Shown here: positions 9,304-22,126 of the stretch, piece by piece
Layout: each line of letters opens with the position of its first letter
Position numbering within the stretch: position 1 is the first letter of the stretch
NCBI RefSeq assembly: GCF_021028975.2
Contig: NC_059432.1
Coordinates: 82,770,001-82,834,000 of the forward strand
DNA length: 64,000 nt
From: Sphaerodactylus townsendi
Lineage: Eukaryota
Reading direction: 5' to 3'
Translations under genes and position numbers: made by a program
The notes under the pieces: generated by a model
What the model saw: only the letters and a program-made list of their open reading frames with translations
What the model was told of the DNA's origin: nothing
Database searches by the model: none

Positions 9304-12150
9304 GTGTGGAAGATGGATGGTTTTGGATAAGTGTGGAAGATGATGGATGATACAGCCCGGAAACCACACAGCACCCAAATGGATGGTTTTATTTTTCTCT
9401 TTTCCTCAGTGCTATAAAACCAGTAAATACTATAAGTTTTAGGCATAATTGTTTGAAGGGGATTTTAATTGTTTATCTTTACTGTCAATTACAGGTTTTT
9501 TTAAAGTATGTTTGTCACAGAGCTTAATTGGCATGATAAAAACCAGGAAACTCTGAATTAAGATCACTATCCATTGTGCCTAAGTCTCTAAAAAGTGGCT
9601 TTCATGTACTATCCCAGGAGAGGAGCAATAATATTGGGGTGGCAGTCCTAACTCAGAATTGCCTCCTTTTAACCAAGAGATGAAAGGCTTAAGTTCATAT
9701 TTAGCATGCTTGTTTATATTTTGTCTCCTTTTTAATGATTATGTCATAACTTCTAAAAAGTAATTTATTTAAATCCAGCCTGCATATTTTGTTTCTTTAT
9801 ATTGAGGTCCCTTGACCTGATGCTGTTGGAATAGAGTTTAACTATTGTGGCGCTGCCAGGTTTGCTTTATGTAGATTCATTGTAGGAGTTAAGCCAAAGC
9901 AGCATAAGAGCCAAGTGCACTGCCTAGAATTATTGTAATAGTAAATCCAAACTAAAATGACACCGTGAATGAATCCTTGACAGAGAAAAGCAGAGTAAAT
10001 GCTTCAGAGATTATTTATATAATAGTATAAATGTGAATGTTAAGAGGTACCCACATCTTTTACAAGTTGTGATGGCAAAGGTTGCCAGTTAACCATCACA
10101 TGGTTTCCAACGCAGGCGGAGAATGGTCCCGAAAATAAAAAATTATTTCAAAGGCGCTAGTACTTTGTTCGGTAACAATATATATATATACACATTGAAT
10201 CTGTTCTGTACAACCATGACTCCTAAAATAATTTTTATAAGTGATCTTCTCTCTTATTCAAAGTTAGTGTGTGTCTTTAAGCTAGTAGGTTTAAATTTTA
10301 CAATTTTCTTAGGAAGATGGCATTCTATGACTCAACCCCTGTTTTGGTTCTGCTGTGCTGTTTTCCTGTAATATAATGTTTTACATCACCATCCATGCTT
10401 TGTATTCTGGAGAGGTAAAATATTAAGGTGATGATTTTACCAGCAAACTAAATGCTTAAAGAATCACAATTTTATTTTTTAGCCAGAGCAATCAAGTATT
10501 CTTCTTTGATATTGGCAGGTAGGCCCCCTCATTCCATATATCACATCTTACTTTTTTCAAGCAAAGATTAATCTCCATGTGGAGAAGATCCCTATGAGTG
10601 TGTCTTTATCTTGGGATAATTTGTGTAGCGCATAAGCATCCCAATGGGTGAATACAAAGCAAAAAAGATATTAACACCATTTCATTGGAAGATAAAAGGG
10701 AGGTTCTTTTTCAAATATGCAGATTAATTTTTATATCATAAAAACTTCAATCATTCTTAGTTAAAACTAAGGTGCATTGCAATAGAGGAATTGACCATCC
10801 ACCACTTAGTACATAATCCTTAGCCAAAGTAATAAATCCTTGAATCCCACTGATTTAAGTTATAGCGCCAAAGTACGTTCTTAATGCTGTCGTGGAAATT
10901 AATGGGATGAAAAGGCATGTAAGCTGGTTGGATCCTTGTAGAGTGATCAGCCCCCAGGTGGATCCAGATCTATTCCATCCTCAGCGGGAGGTGGGGGGGG
11001 GGGGGGGTTTCAAAATGGCCATTGTGGTGACAAAAACCAGGGAAAACCTGGAAGTAATGTTATGCCCCTATAGCAGTATCCAGAACATAATGGTAAACCC
11101 ATAGAGAGGAATTATTGAAAACTTTTCCAGCCGCTCTTATTGAGTTGTGACATGATTTCCAGGTTTTCCCCAGAAGTGGCATCTTACTGTCACCAATGGC
11201 CACCCCCGTGCTCCCCCAGACTTCCACTGGTTGCCAGGCTACACCTGATAAACCTAAGCCTATTTCCATTCACCAGCTCTAAACAAGTGGCATAGTACAT
11301 TAATTAGTGTAGTTTAAATTCATTTTCTCAATTAGTCCTCCAGATTTTTTTCAGGCATCTAGACAACATAATCTCATGAAGAAACTATTTTGTTTACTCA
11401 TACATTGTTTAGTAGTTTATCAGTTTTCACTGGTTGGCATGCCTAGGGACATAATTTTAATCCAGGAGTAGAAATTTGTTATATACTAAATGTCCTAAAT
11501 TTATTATAGCCTCTTCTGTCAGCACGCTAGTAATGGAGACACCTAAAGGAGAGATTATGAAAGGTAACTATCTGAAAACCAGCAAAATCATCATTTTATC
11601 TGTTTTATCAGCTGTTTTCACATTAGGACCTCAAGTATCCATCTGGTTCCTTTCTATACTCTGTTATATGTATTTCACAGATTATTTTCTCTGTTCATCT
11701 CAGATTCAGTATTATTTTCCGTATGTGCGGTGCTGAGTTTTTAGATATATAGTCTATAATAAATAATTGACTTCTGGCATTTCATTCACAATTTCAGCTG
11801 TTTTTTTTTTTAAATAAAGGTATATTGCTCATTTCTCTCAAAGTGTATTTTGTAAATGCTGGAATTTTTCATTAAAATCTTGTACAGAGCAGTATTTTAT
11901 TAAAATCTGAAAGGGAAGACTTTTATGTGCAAATTTTATAGTTTCTTTTTTAAAAAGAACTTTGTTTATCTGCTAAATGCAATGTTTCAAATTGGCAACT
12001 GAATTAATATGGGAGTGTATTTTTGTGTTTAGTGTTGTGCATTTTCAGAATTATAGCATGTAATTATGCAAAATACTGTGCAAAGGTATTTTAAAATATG
12101 AATGTAAAATATATACTGAAGGAATAAATAATATGAATCAAGTATTATGT
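9304..12150 (+). other. XRN1: Probable XRN1 3'UTR (AU-rich); end uncertain
   Basis: Follows the stop codon, T-rich, with AATAAA hexamers near 11758, 11813 and 12123. Confidence 0.5.
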
Positions 12151-14539
12151 ATTAGTTTAACACAATAATTTTTGTAACTAACTTGGTTTGTCTGCTTAGA
12201 TAAAAAAAGATGCAAACTAAAATATTTTGCTTTTCAGTAGACTTGTTTCCTTTAACCGGGTGATGTCAGGTGTTGGCTTAATCTGTATTTTCTGTGTTTG
12301 TAGTTTAATATCTTCTTTCATCATTCAGGTGAAATTTGGCATTTGCATTCATGATATCATTCTAATTAGAAATTTGAAAATTAGTCCCTTTTTCTTTCAA
12401 AGAAGGCAAAGAAGATACAATTCAACTCATTTGCTCTAAAGTCGCTTTTTTAAATAGGAAAAGCCTGAAAGTGAGTGGTATGACCATAAAGTGACTTGAA
12501 GGGGTGCATTAAAATAAAACCTGCCAGTGCTTCTAATCCATAGGGCTTGGTCAAAAGCTGATTAAGAGCGAATATCACCATTGACTCTTCAAGACTTAGT
12601 CTTGATTGCTGCTTGAGCGAATGTTCCAGTTCTGTTTCAACAGATAAACTTTATACCGACGAGTATGACATAACTCTACGTGTTCAGATCACTTCATAAC
12701 CATCCCAGTCTTCTATCCAGAGACAGTTCTAGGCCACTGAAGTGAATGTAGACTAAACAGTAGAAAAGTATGGTGTATAAGAAGCCCTAGTGAGGTGAAG
12801 CCCAAAAGGTGACTAATAAAGACCTAACTTACCATATCATGAGGTGAGGCTTTCATTAGTGGAATGATTCAGATGTCCTAGAGGAGCAAGACCAACCCCC
12901 ATTGTTTTCTCCTTTCCCCAAATTCCATAGAAACTGCAGCAAGTCTAAATGGAACAACTCACTCACCCTGAACCTTCCCGGGTCCTTTCACTGACAACCA
13001 GACATCTCTTCTTTAGCACTGTGTACAGAAAGTGGGCTTCCTTGCCCATTTATCCAGGACCATATTCTGTTTATTAATAGTGCCTGCAACTGAGACATAC
13101 AGTACATTGAAAGCTGTAGGGATACTGCTGAATTCCCAGAGAAAGAATGATTTTTGGTTTATGAACATGTCAACACTCTGGTTTATGAACATGTCAATAA
13201 GCAGTGGAAAAGGAATTCACTGCGCTGGAATTTTATTAGGAAAGGTTTTTAAAATAAATTTGATGGTATATTGTATAGTTACCTTCAGAATAGTTCTTCT
13301 AATCTAGCTCTCCCCATTTCAATAAGGATATTGTGGCTCTGGGTAAAGGTACAGAAAAGATTAATAAAACACTTCATTAGAATATCTTTATGAGGGAAAG
13401 CTAAATTCATGCTCAGCCACAAAGCTATAGTGGAGATTGTGACAATTAAGGACCAATCTCAGCATTATTTTCATTTTTTAAAATAAAAACTCTCACAAAA
13501 GTAGCTATTTCAGAAATAAGTGGCACTAGAACACTGCTTTCCTTGTGTGCATGCATAGTATTCCACTAGAAACTATGCTATTGAATGTAGCCCTTATTTA
13601 ATGTCTGGTAGGGAACTACAACTCTGGCATCCATTTACTACTTCAACAAAACATGTCTTTCTCCAAAGCAGAACCAGACTTGGCTTTCCTCGCCTGTGGG
13701 AAGGACTTCAGAAGAACCCAGGCAATATCAACTTTGTGTCTGTAAGGAGCACCTATTCAAAGCAGTTGCTTCCATCATACAAAAATGCTTGGCTTACATC
13801 TTAACATTTTGTGATTAACTGACCCCTACACGCTATGACAGCCATTTTGTGGTTACTTCCGTCCCCCATCCTCAAATATTCCAAAAGTTTCCACAAGTTC
13901 AGCAAAATTAAGAGTCTTTAATATCAAATGGATGTTTGGTGCAATATTGCTATCAATATGTAAAAAGCACAAACAAACATAATCATGTTACATTACTAGA
14001 GAATGCTGTCATGAACTATTACTGGGTGCTGATGTTCTTAAAATCCAAATTTTGTAGGAGAATACAAAATAAAGCAAAGCTCCTATTATGATAGAGGCAA
14101 TTGAAGTGTTGCCTGTTCGCGACAATAAAGCTGGCTCTGGGATGACACAGACAGAAACAATCTTTTTTTTCCAGCTGGATTATAGTTTGGACCTTGGAAC
14201 CTTGGCACCTAGTAATAGTTTATGTTATACATAAACTTTTTAGAAGCAGTGGAACAGGTAAATTATATAGTGGGTAGTACTGGGATAGGGTAGTGGGTAG
14301 TACTGGGATACAGTAGTACTAAAATGGCTGGTATTGTGGAACTGGAAATGATGCAGAAAATAATAGTCATAATAAGAGGTTGGAGCATTTTCCCGATAAA
14401 AAAATGTGGGGGTTTTCAGTTTAGAAAACAAGGTGGGGGGGATTTTGGAAGATGATAAGAAAAGTACATATGATGCAAAGGGAATGCAAAGCTTTTTCTT
14501 GTTGATCTCCCATTGTATGAGAGCAGCTAGATAAGTTGA

Positions 14540-14740
14540 TGAGCCCTAGATTCAAAATAGACAAGAGAAAGTTTTGCATCATCCTTCACACATTTCAGAA
14601 TGCATTTTCTAAACCACAACCACAACCTGTAGTTAATTTCTATGGATTTAAAAAGGGATGTGCCAAGTTTATGAAAGAATAGTCTGTCAGGGGCCACTGA
14701 TTAAAGGGAGCCCCTGTATTGAGACATGGTATACCTCTGG
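14540..14740 (+). mobile_element. CR1 LINE 3' fragment (degraded)
   Basis: gacaagagaaag...gatttaaaaagggatgtgccaagtttatgaaagaatagtctgtc resembles the CR1 ORF2 end. Confidence 0.5.
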
Positions 14741-14985
14741 ATATTAATTGCAAGGAGAGGAGGGTGACAGGGATGGGGGACTTTGGCCCTCCATTCTGGG
14801 CTTTTCAGGTTTTCCAGAGTGATCTAGTTGTCCTCTGGCATCTTTGCTCAGAGCCTGAAGGGCAGTTATGTTATAAAAGCCAGAAGCCCAAATAGAAAAC
14901 GTTAGTCCAGGGCAGCTCTGATGCACCATGATACAGATATACCTTTCTGCTTTGCCAGTTATCTGTCATCTTAAGTGATTCAAGG

Positions 14986-15383
14986 CAGTGGTGGGATCCA
15001 AAAATTTTAGTAACAGGTTCCCATGGTGGTGGGATTTAAACAGTGGTGTAGTGCCAATGGGGCTGGGTGGGGCATGACAGGGGCGTGGCCAGGCATTCTG
15101 GGGGCGGGACATTCCTGGGCGGGGCTGTGGCAAGGACGCAGCCACTGTGCTGGTCCTTGGGGGGGAAACGAATGCACGCAGGCGCAGGCTGCCACGCACG
15201 CCGGTGCACCTCCTGCTAGACTGCTTCAAGTTCTGTGCGCTACTGCTGAGGAGCAGAGGAGGGGCGTAACTAAGGCAAAAATCACGTGGCAAAATCACCA
15301 ATTAGTAACCCCCTCTCGGCACACACAAATAATTAGTAACCTACTCTCGGGAACCTGTGAGAACCTGCTGGATCCCATCTCTG
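14986..15383. mobile_element. Non-autonomous hAT element
   Basis: TIR cagtggtgggatcca / tggatcccatctctg, TSD attcaagg. Confidence 0.85.
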
Positions 15384-16119
15384 ATTCAAGGGTATTTATT
15401 CAATTGAGGGCTCTTTGGGACAGTGGACAGTCTTTGACTCCAAAGCAAATTTGGCTTAATACAGAACCAAATATGGTTCTTTTAAAATAAACATATTTAG
15501 CCTAAAAGTATATCGGAGGAAGTAGGTGGGAGGGTAGAATAGCCAGTATGTGAAAAAATGGCAGGCAAAGTTTTTTTTTTTAATGGGACTATAGGGCTTC
15601 TTGAAGATGCTTGGCAGAAGGGGAAATGATTGAAGTGAACTGGAGAAATCCAAGTGTGAACTATACATACATACATAGTTGCCAATGCCTTAAAACAATC
15701 TAACGTTGTAAAATCTCATATGCCCCACTTCCTAGTAAAGAAGTAGCAACAGATAGTGTTGTTGGCCTGCAGAAACTGGATTATGAAAGTGTCAGTAAGG
15801 TTTTCCTGACCTAGATAGCCTACACCAGCTTGATTAGCTTGATCAGCACGTGACAGCTAATCCGCGTCAGCCCTAATTAGTACGCTAATGGAAGAACACC
15901 AACAAATTCCACAGCTGCTACCACCTCTGTTGGTCTCTTGCCTTGAAAATCCTACAGGGTCGCCATAAGTCCGCCGTGACTCGACAGCACTTCCCACCAC
16001 TCAGTATTATTAGGTTGCACATTTTAATTTATGTGAATGGGCATTTTGTTCAGCTCTTGCTGTGAATTCTGACACAAAACTGTAAAAAAAAAAACTGGGT
16101 GACCCCCCTGCTCAAGGAT

Positions 16120-16900
16120 TAAGAGGGCGGGCGGGTGCGGAGACGGTTACTAGGTGTGCCCGCCCGGTTCCAAATGGTGCCTAATAAACACAGAGCGGCC
16201 CTTCAGGATCAGGCGCTCCAAAGAGAAGCGAAAAATAGCGCTTGTTTTGTTTCCTCTCCCGGGCAGTTTCGAAAGGGCTGCACAGGCAGCACATTGTTGT
16301 GTTCCCCAATAGCCCTCCCCCCCCCTCCTCCTCCTCCTCCTCCCCGGGCGATTCAGTCCGCCGAAGGCCACTAGCCTTCTCTATTGGCTTTCTGGCTGGC
16401 AACACCCCCTGGCGCTGTGCGCGCCGAGTCCGGCCTCCGTCTGACGACGTCGATATATTTGGCAAGACACCTTTTCCACCCCTCCGCGTTGCAGTTTCGC
16501 CCCTGGTGGCGGGAATCGGAGCGGCTCATTGACCGGCCTCGGGGGCGGGGGCGGGGGCTGGGGCTGGGGCGCGCGGGCTGGCTGTCCATTTGGCTGGAGG
16601 CGAGGAGGCTCGAGGCAAGCTGTGGGGAAGGGGGCGCACGAGGGGCGGCGATGGGCATGAGGCTGAACGCCGCTGGAGCGCTCGAGGGAGATGCGGCTGC
16701 CCCCTCCGCCGCGGCTGCCCCGGCTAAGTACGTTCTCGGTGTAGACGTGGGAAGCACCGTCGTACGGTGCCATGTTTACGATAAAACGGCCGCGATCAAA
16801 GGCTCCAGTACCAAGCAGGTGAGCAAAGAAGCGGACCTATATTGATTTACCGGGTGGAGGTGGTGTCGTGTTTCTTTCGGAGCCCGCGGAACAATGTCTA
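16120..16900 (+). promoter_or_regulatory. CpG island / GK5 promoter
   Basis: High GC and CpG density, GC boxes (ggggcggggg near 16541-16555), inverted CCAAT (attgg near 16383); spans exon 1. Confidence 0.85.
16651..16818 (+). CDS. GK5: GK5 exon 1 (168 nt from first ATG)
   Basis: MGMRLNAAG...YVLGVDVGSTVVRCHVYDKTAAIKGSSTKQ|gtgagc. Confidence 0.9.
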
Positions 16901-19900
16901 ATAAAGCTGATCTCCAGTGGTTTTTTTGCCCTGCTTTTGAAAAGAATCCTGTGTTGGTTCTGTTTGGGGAAACTCTTCTTTCCAGGGGCCGGATCGGGAA
17001 GGGTGGCAGGTGTCCCCTCGAGGGGCAGTGACAGGGGCAGCAGCTGGAGGTGCAGTTACCTAAAAGGGGTGGCTCGTTCTGCAACACTAGCGGCCAGTTG
17101 ACGTTTTTAAGCTGCTGCTACCGGTAAGAGGTAGGGGAGACTCAGTTGCCCAGCAGCGATGGCGCCTTCTGCAGCGCAAAATGCCTCCTCCCCATTAGGC
17201 TGTTGCAAGGAGACTCAGTTGCCCTGGCCTACAGCATGACTCTTCTGGCACAGACACTCTATTCCTCTGTTAGTTTGGTGCTAGGAGGTGGGAGGGGAGA
17301 GGGATACCTGTGGCCTCAGAGTGGAGGCATAGCCCTTTGTAAGGCAAAAGTTGAGTAAGGGAAAAGAAGGTGGAGGTAAAGTTTTATGAGGAGATGTTCA
17401 AAGATGTCAAGTTGAACAAGTTCTATGCAGGGGAAGACAGAGGCCCCCAGGTAACCTTCCTTGGCGTGGCTAATCTCCCTCCCGCCCAGGTCCCCTATGC
17501 TCTTCCACCTACAGGACCTTCAAATTCCTTGTCTTTTTGTCCCCTTCTTTCAAGGACCAAACATTGACACTGGCTGAGATAGGTTTGGGGCCTGCAAGAT
17601 GCGTGGGAGGTTTGGGGGGAGGGCTTAGAGTGCACTCTAAATAATCATGGAGGAAGAAGAGTTTTGAGAGCTGGTGATCATTAACTGTGTAGGTAAGCTC
17701 CCCTTCCTTGTGCTCTGCTGAGGCACTCCAAGCGCTAGAGCAGCCTGGAGTCAAATGGGGTGGAGGGAAAGATGACAGACCTCTACTCCCTCCTCCCCAG
17801 CTTTAAAACTGAGAGCTGCGTTATGCTTGGCTTTGCCAAAGGCTGTGAGTAGACATGCCCCCTCATCTGTTAGGCTTGGCCTTCCCCAAAGACTTTGATT
17901 TTACACCTTGGGAAAGAGGGTGACAAGAACAGAGGGGCTGTTGTGCTCTACATGCCATCAGTTACTTCCAGAAGTTAACAGCCTTGCTAAGGTCATGCAA
18001 ACTGAGGGCTGTGGCTTCCTTCATTGAGTCAGTCCATCATATGTTGGGCCTCCCTGTTTTCCTACTGTCTTCAACATTTCCTAGCATTATTGTCTTTTCC
18101 TGTGACCAATTAAATACAGTAGCTTCAGTTTAGTCATTTTAGCTTCTAGTAAAGTACGTAAATCCAAATTTACACCCTGGTCAGCATATTAGTTCGGATT
18201 ATAAATTAGGCCAGCTTTCTATAACCTATGCTATGTTGTGCAGTTTTTGAAACTAAGCTGTAGTTGGATGGAGAGGCACCTGGGCAAGCTGACCAGCCTC
18301 TGATCTTAGCTGCAAACTGCTTTGATTTCAAATATTTCGAGATTAGCTTCCCTGTAATTAAAGTTTACAATACTGTACAATGAAGCTAACAATCTGAACT
18401 TTTAAAAAACATAGTGTCACCACAGTGCCTTCGGACCAAATACCAAATCCAGTTTTACATTCTTTACAAAAAAGTTTTAACCTAAAAGCAAACTAATGAC
18501 AGTTAAAACAAATATTTTAATCCAAAAGGAATTAATCTAGTTATATATGAATGTATATATTGTTTTACTTGAAATATTTATATCTCCATTTTCTTCTGAA
18601 CATTGCAAGACCCCAGGCAAGTTCCACTTGCTATTTCCATATCACTTTCCTGATCTAAATAGCTTCCAGTGTTGTTATTAGAACTGTGGTAATTTATGTA
18701 TCTAAATTGCTTTTGTAGTTGTTTCTACCGCTGGCTAGTAACAGTTTTCGAATGCTCTTTTGAAGTGTTTTTTTTTAAGCATTGGGAGATCATAACGCCA
18801 GATTTACAGTGTAATCAAGAAAGAGGGGGGCAAAAGAACTCAGAAGGCAGCATGATCCCAACACCAACATAAATGCCATTTGTGCCAGTGCTGGGCCCTT
18901 AAGCCAGTGCTAGGGGCAGATGTGTCAGCAACACACCTCTGATGCAGGAGACCATGCTGGTGCCAAAGGGGATGTTCCCAGAGTCAGCATGCTGCAGTGG
19001 TTAAGGGCAGGTGCACTCTAATCTGGAGAACTGGATTTGATCCCCAGCTCTGCCACTTGAGCTGTGGAAGCTTACTTGATGAACCAGATTAGCTTGTGCA
19101 CTCCAACACATGCCAGCTGGGTGACTGGCTAGTCACAGTTCTTCAGAGCTCTCACAGGCCCACCTACCTCACAGGGTGTTTGTTGTGAGGGGAAGAGAAA
19201 GGAGCTTGTGAACCCCTTTGAGCCTCCTTACAGGAGAGAAAGGGGGGATATAAATCCAAACTCCTCTTCTTCTTCCTCTTCCTCCCAGGGGCGGGGCTGA
19301 CATTAGTTGGCTTCCTGAGCCCGTTCAGCCTGGGAACAACCCAGATTGCCAGCCTATTGTGCTGCATCGGCCACAGAGGAAAGAGGAGCATCACTGGGCC
19401 ACAGCATAGCAAAATTCTTAGGAAGAGGTGCAGCTGCATGTGGTTGACCCCTCCTTGGCTGTGGGGCATCTACCTCCTCTCAGAATTGCACTGCCCATCT
19501 ATTTATACTTTTCTGTTATTCTGTTATTTAGTACAACCCAAGAAGAATTATCAAGATTCAGTGGAATGTGTTGTTGATTCAAATAATTTCTTCCCCAAGC
19601 AGAAGTCTCTAATTTGTACCAAAGCAATATCATATTTCACACGAATCTGATCCCAAACTTTATGTGGCCTGCAACTTTATTTGGGATTTGAGTTTCTCTA
19701 AGAAAAGGTTTTTCTCGTTCTTTCAGTTGCCAAAGTTGATATTGAGAACACAGTGTAATGTTGTCTGCATAGCTTGCTAGAATTTAACTCTTCCTTCTGT
19801 GGGAGAATTCAGATGTGTCAAGGCAAAAGCTTAGTAGTTATCACTTATTGTAAGCATTTACATGCTACGAGGCCAATTCACAGTGCCAGCAATCTCATAG

Positions 19901-22126
19901 GATTGCTCACAGGCCAGCTCCTGGGAGTCTATGGACTCACAAGTTGCATGAACCCATTCTACTTGTGAAATGGCATAAATTGTGACAACTGCTTGTACAG
20001 GCTCCTCATAGAGGTAAACATATCCATACAGTCAGGGTCCAGACTGGACCCAGGACCCTCTAGTGCAGTGGTGGTGAATCTTTGGCACTCCAGATGTTAT
20101 GGACTACAATTCCCATCAGCCAATTGGCCATGCTGTCAGGGGCTGATGGGATGTAGTCCTGCAGCCCTCTGGAGACCTGGGGAACCCCACCATGTAACTC
20201 TAGTGGGCCCATTTGCTCCCAATCCCTAATTACACCAATATCTACGGACAGTAGGACATGTTAACAGGGTTCTGCTGCCACGAAGCTACATGACTCCCCT
20301 GCACCAGCCTGAGTGCCCCTACGCTGGCATCTGTTCCTCTTTGTGAGGCACTGGTGACAGTGATAGTGGTGTAGGGGTCATGCTGCATCCAATGTAGTTT
20401 CAACCCCCTCCCCCCCTTAAGTGTTTAAAAAATATGAGAGGTAAGATTATCTGATACAGGAAGCACTTTTTCTCTTTAGCCAAAAGGCTAACAGGTAAAC
20501 TTTGTTGTAAGTTCTAGGGAAGAGCTTTTACCACCTGTTTGATTCCTTTACCCTTTGGATTAGTTTGTTGATGAAGGGTAAGCCTGCTCTTTGGTTATAG
20601 TTTTCCCCTTATTTTAAGCAACTTTTAAGCAACCATATTCAGTGGAGAAAAGCAGGTCAAAACCTTACATGTACCAGCATCCTGTGGGGTAATGACTGCA
20701 CATGAGTTTCTTATTAACTAGATAATGGGTGAATCCCCACTGGGAAAATAAACCGGGTTCCCCCTGGTTCCAGGACCAGGACAGAGTCGAGTTAGGCATG
20801 AAAGCAGTGGGGAGTCCTTGCCCAAACCGGGATTTTTAGGGTGAGTATCCTGGGATATTTTGACCGAGGGGATTCACCCAGTGTTACTTCTCAATATGTG
20901 ATAAATACAGTAGGCATTTTGTAATATGGGAAATGACATTGACTGTAAGGCTGGCATGGCAGTAACTCTTGTTTTGTTTTGACCTATTTGATGAGCATGT
21001 GGTTTCTGTTGATTAGGTTGAAGTACTTCATCCTCAGCCTGGATGGGTTGAACTGGACCCTGAAGGCCTGTGGACACAGTTTGTCGATGTGGTAAAAGAG
21101 GCAGTTCAAGGTAACCATATAACTAAACTCTAGCACCTTATGCAGAAGGTACTGACTGAGGCACATTTTTGTACCTTTCCTTTTATTCAGCCCTCTTCCT
21201 GTTGTGAATCCCAAAAAGGGGGGGTGCCTGAGGTTGAGGAATTCATGTTAACTAAAGGTTGTGTTACATTGTTAATTGCTATGAGAAGAGAAAGGGGGAC
21301 AATACTCAGCTCTCTACTTCTTAGGGCAGTGGAAGTGCTTCTTAACCCTTGATACGAAATAATTGTGACCTTTTATGCTAGACACAGAATGCTGTATAGA
21401 ACATGCTTATGTCAGCCTGTATGTAAAAAGTATGTTGTTGTATCAGGTGAATAGAAGGAGAACTCATCAAGGTGCTTTTTCCCATTGGACATGTTATCAA
21501 ATTCTAGTGATAGCAATTTGTTGTTGCAGTTGGGAAAGGAAGGGAAAGGAGCTTGTAAGCCACTTTGAGTCTCCTTACAGGAAAGAAAGGTGGGATATAA
21601 ATCCAAACTCTTCTCTTCTTCTACTTCAACAAGTTATCTGGAATCTTCAGTCAGTAAAATAACTAGAAACCTATTAGGATTTTGCATAGCGATGTGTCTA
21701 TCATACAAATAAACCTTTTGTGTGATTTATGCTTAACTACTGGTAGTTGAGTTTCCTCAATTCTCACTTTATGTCTTCTAAAATACTCCCAAGACTACAA
21801 TCCTAAGCACATTTATAGGCAAACTACTCATTGTGAAGCTTTGCTTTTTAAATGTAAAGAAACCTTTGGTGGCAGTGAACTGAGTGGGGAAAGGTAGAGA
21901 ACTCTTTTCCAGCTGGCACCATTCTGCTAAAATATCTCTCCTGAACTAACATGCATTCAATTCTGTGTGACTAAGAATGAATGAACAGTTTGTGGTATTA
22001 CATAAGTTCTGTGACGCTCACTGCTTATTGTTCCTTTTTTTATCTTCTAGCTGCAGGAATTAAAATGAGTCAGATTTCTTCAATGGGATTTGCGACACAC
22101 CGTGCAACTTTCCTTACATGGAACCG
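16651..22126 (+). CDS. GK5: Glycerol kinase 5 (FGGY family), exons 1-3 only; remainder not found in window
   Basis: YVLGVDVGSTVVRCHVYD / VEVLHPQPGWVELDPEGLWTQFVDVVKEAVQ / AAGIKMSQISSMGFATHRATFLTWN match GK5. Syntenic immediately downstream of the XRN1 3' end. Confidence 0.93.
17940..18150 (-). mobile_element. RTE/BovB-like LINE 3' fragment
   Basis: cttccttcattgagtcagtccatc...cttcaacatttcctagcattattgtcttttcc is typical of a reverse-complemented RTE-BovB 3' end. Confidence 0.6.
18981..19277 (+). mobile_element. Squam3-like SINE
   Basis: gcagtggttaagggcag...ctaatctggagaac...cacctacctcacagggtg...atataaatccaaactc, (ctt)n tail. Confidence 0.8.
20065..20180. mobile_element. hAT MITE (family of 38405-38552), degraded
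   Basis: ccagatgttatggactacaattcccatcagcc...ggctgatgggatgtagtcc hairpin. Confidence 0.65.
21017..21110 (+). CDS. GK5: GK5 exon 2 (94 nt)
   Basis: VEVLHPQPGWVELDPEGLWTQFVDVVKEAVQ. Confidence 0.93.
21520..21625 (+). mobile_element. Squam3-like SINE 3' fragment
   Basis: ggaagggaaaggagcttgtaagccactttgagtctccttacagg...tataaatccaaactcttc. Confidence 0.7.
22051..22126 (+). CDS. GK5: GK5 exon 3 (76 nt)
   Basis: AGIKMSQISSMGFATHRATFLTWN, gtaagt donor. Confidence 0.92.

Noticed and set aside
16384-16650. Long upstream extension of the GK5 ORF, and several overlapping ORFs at 16135-17101
   Set aside because: Non-ATG starts in a GC-rich CpG island where stops are rare; homology begins after the ATG at 16651.
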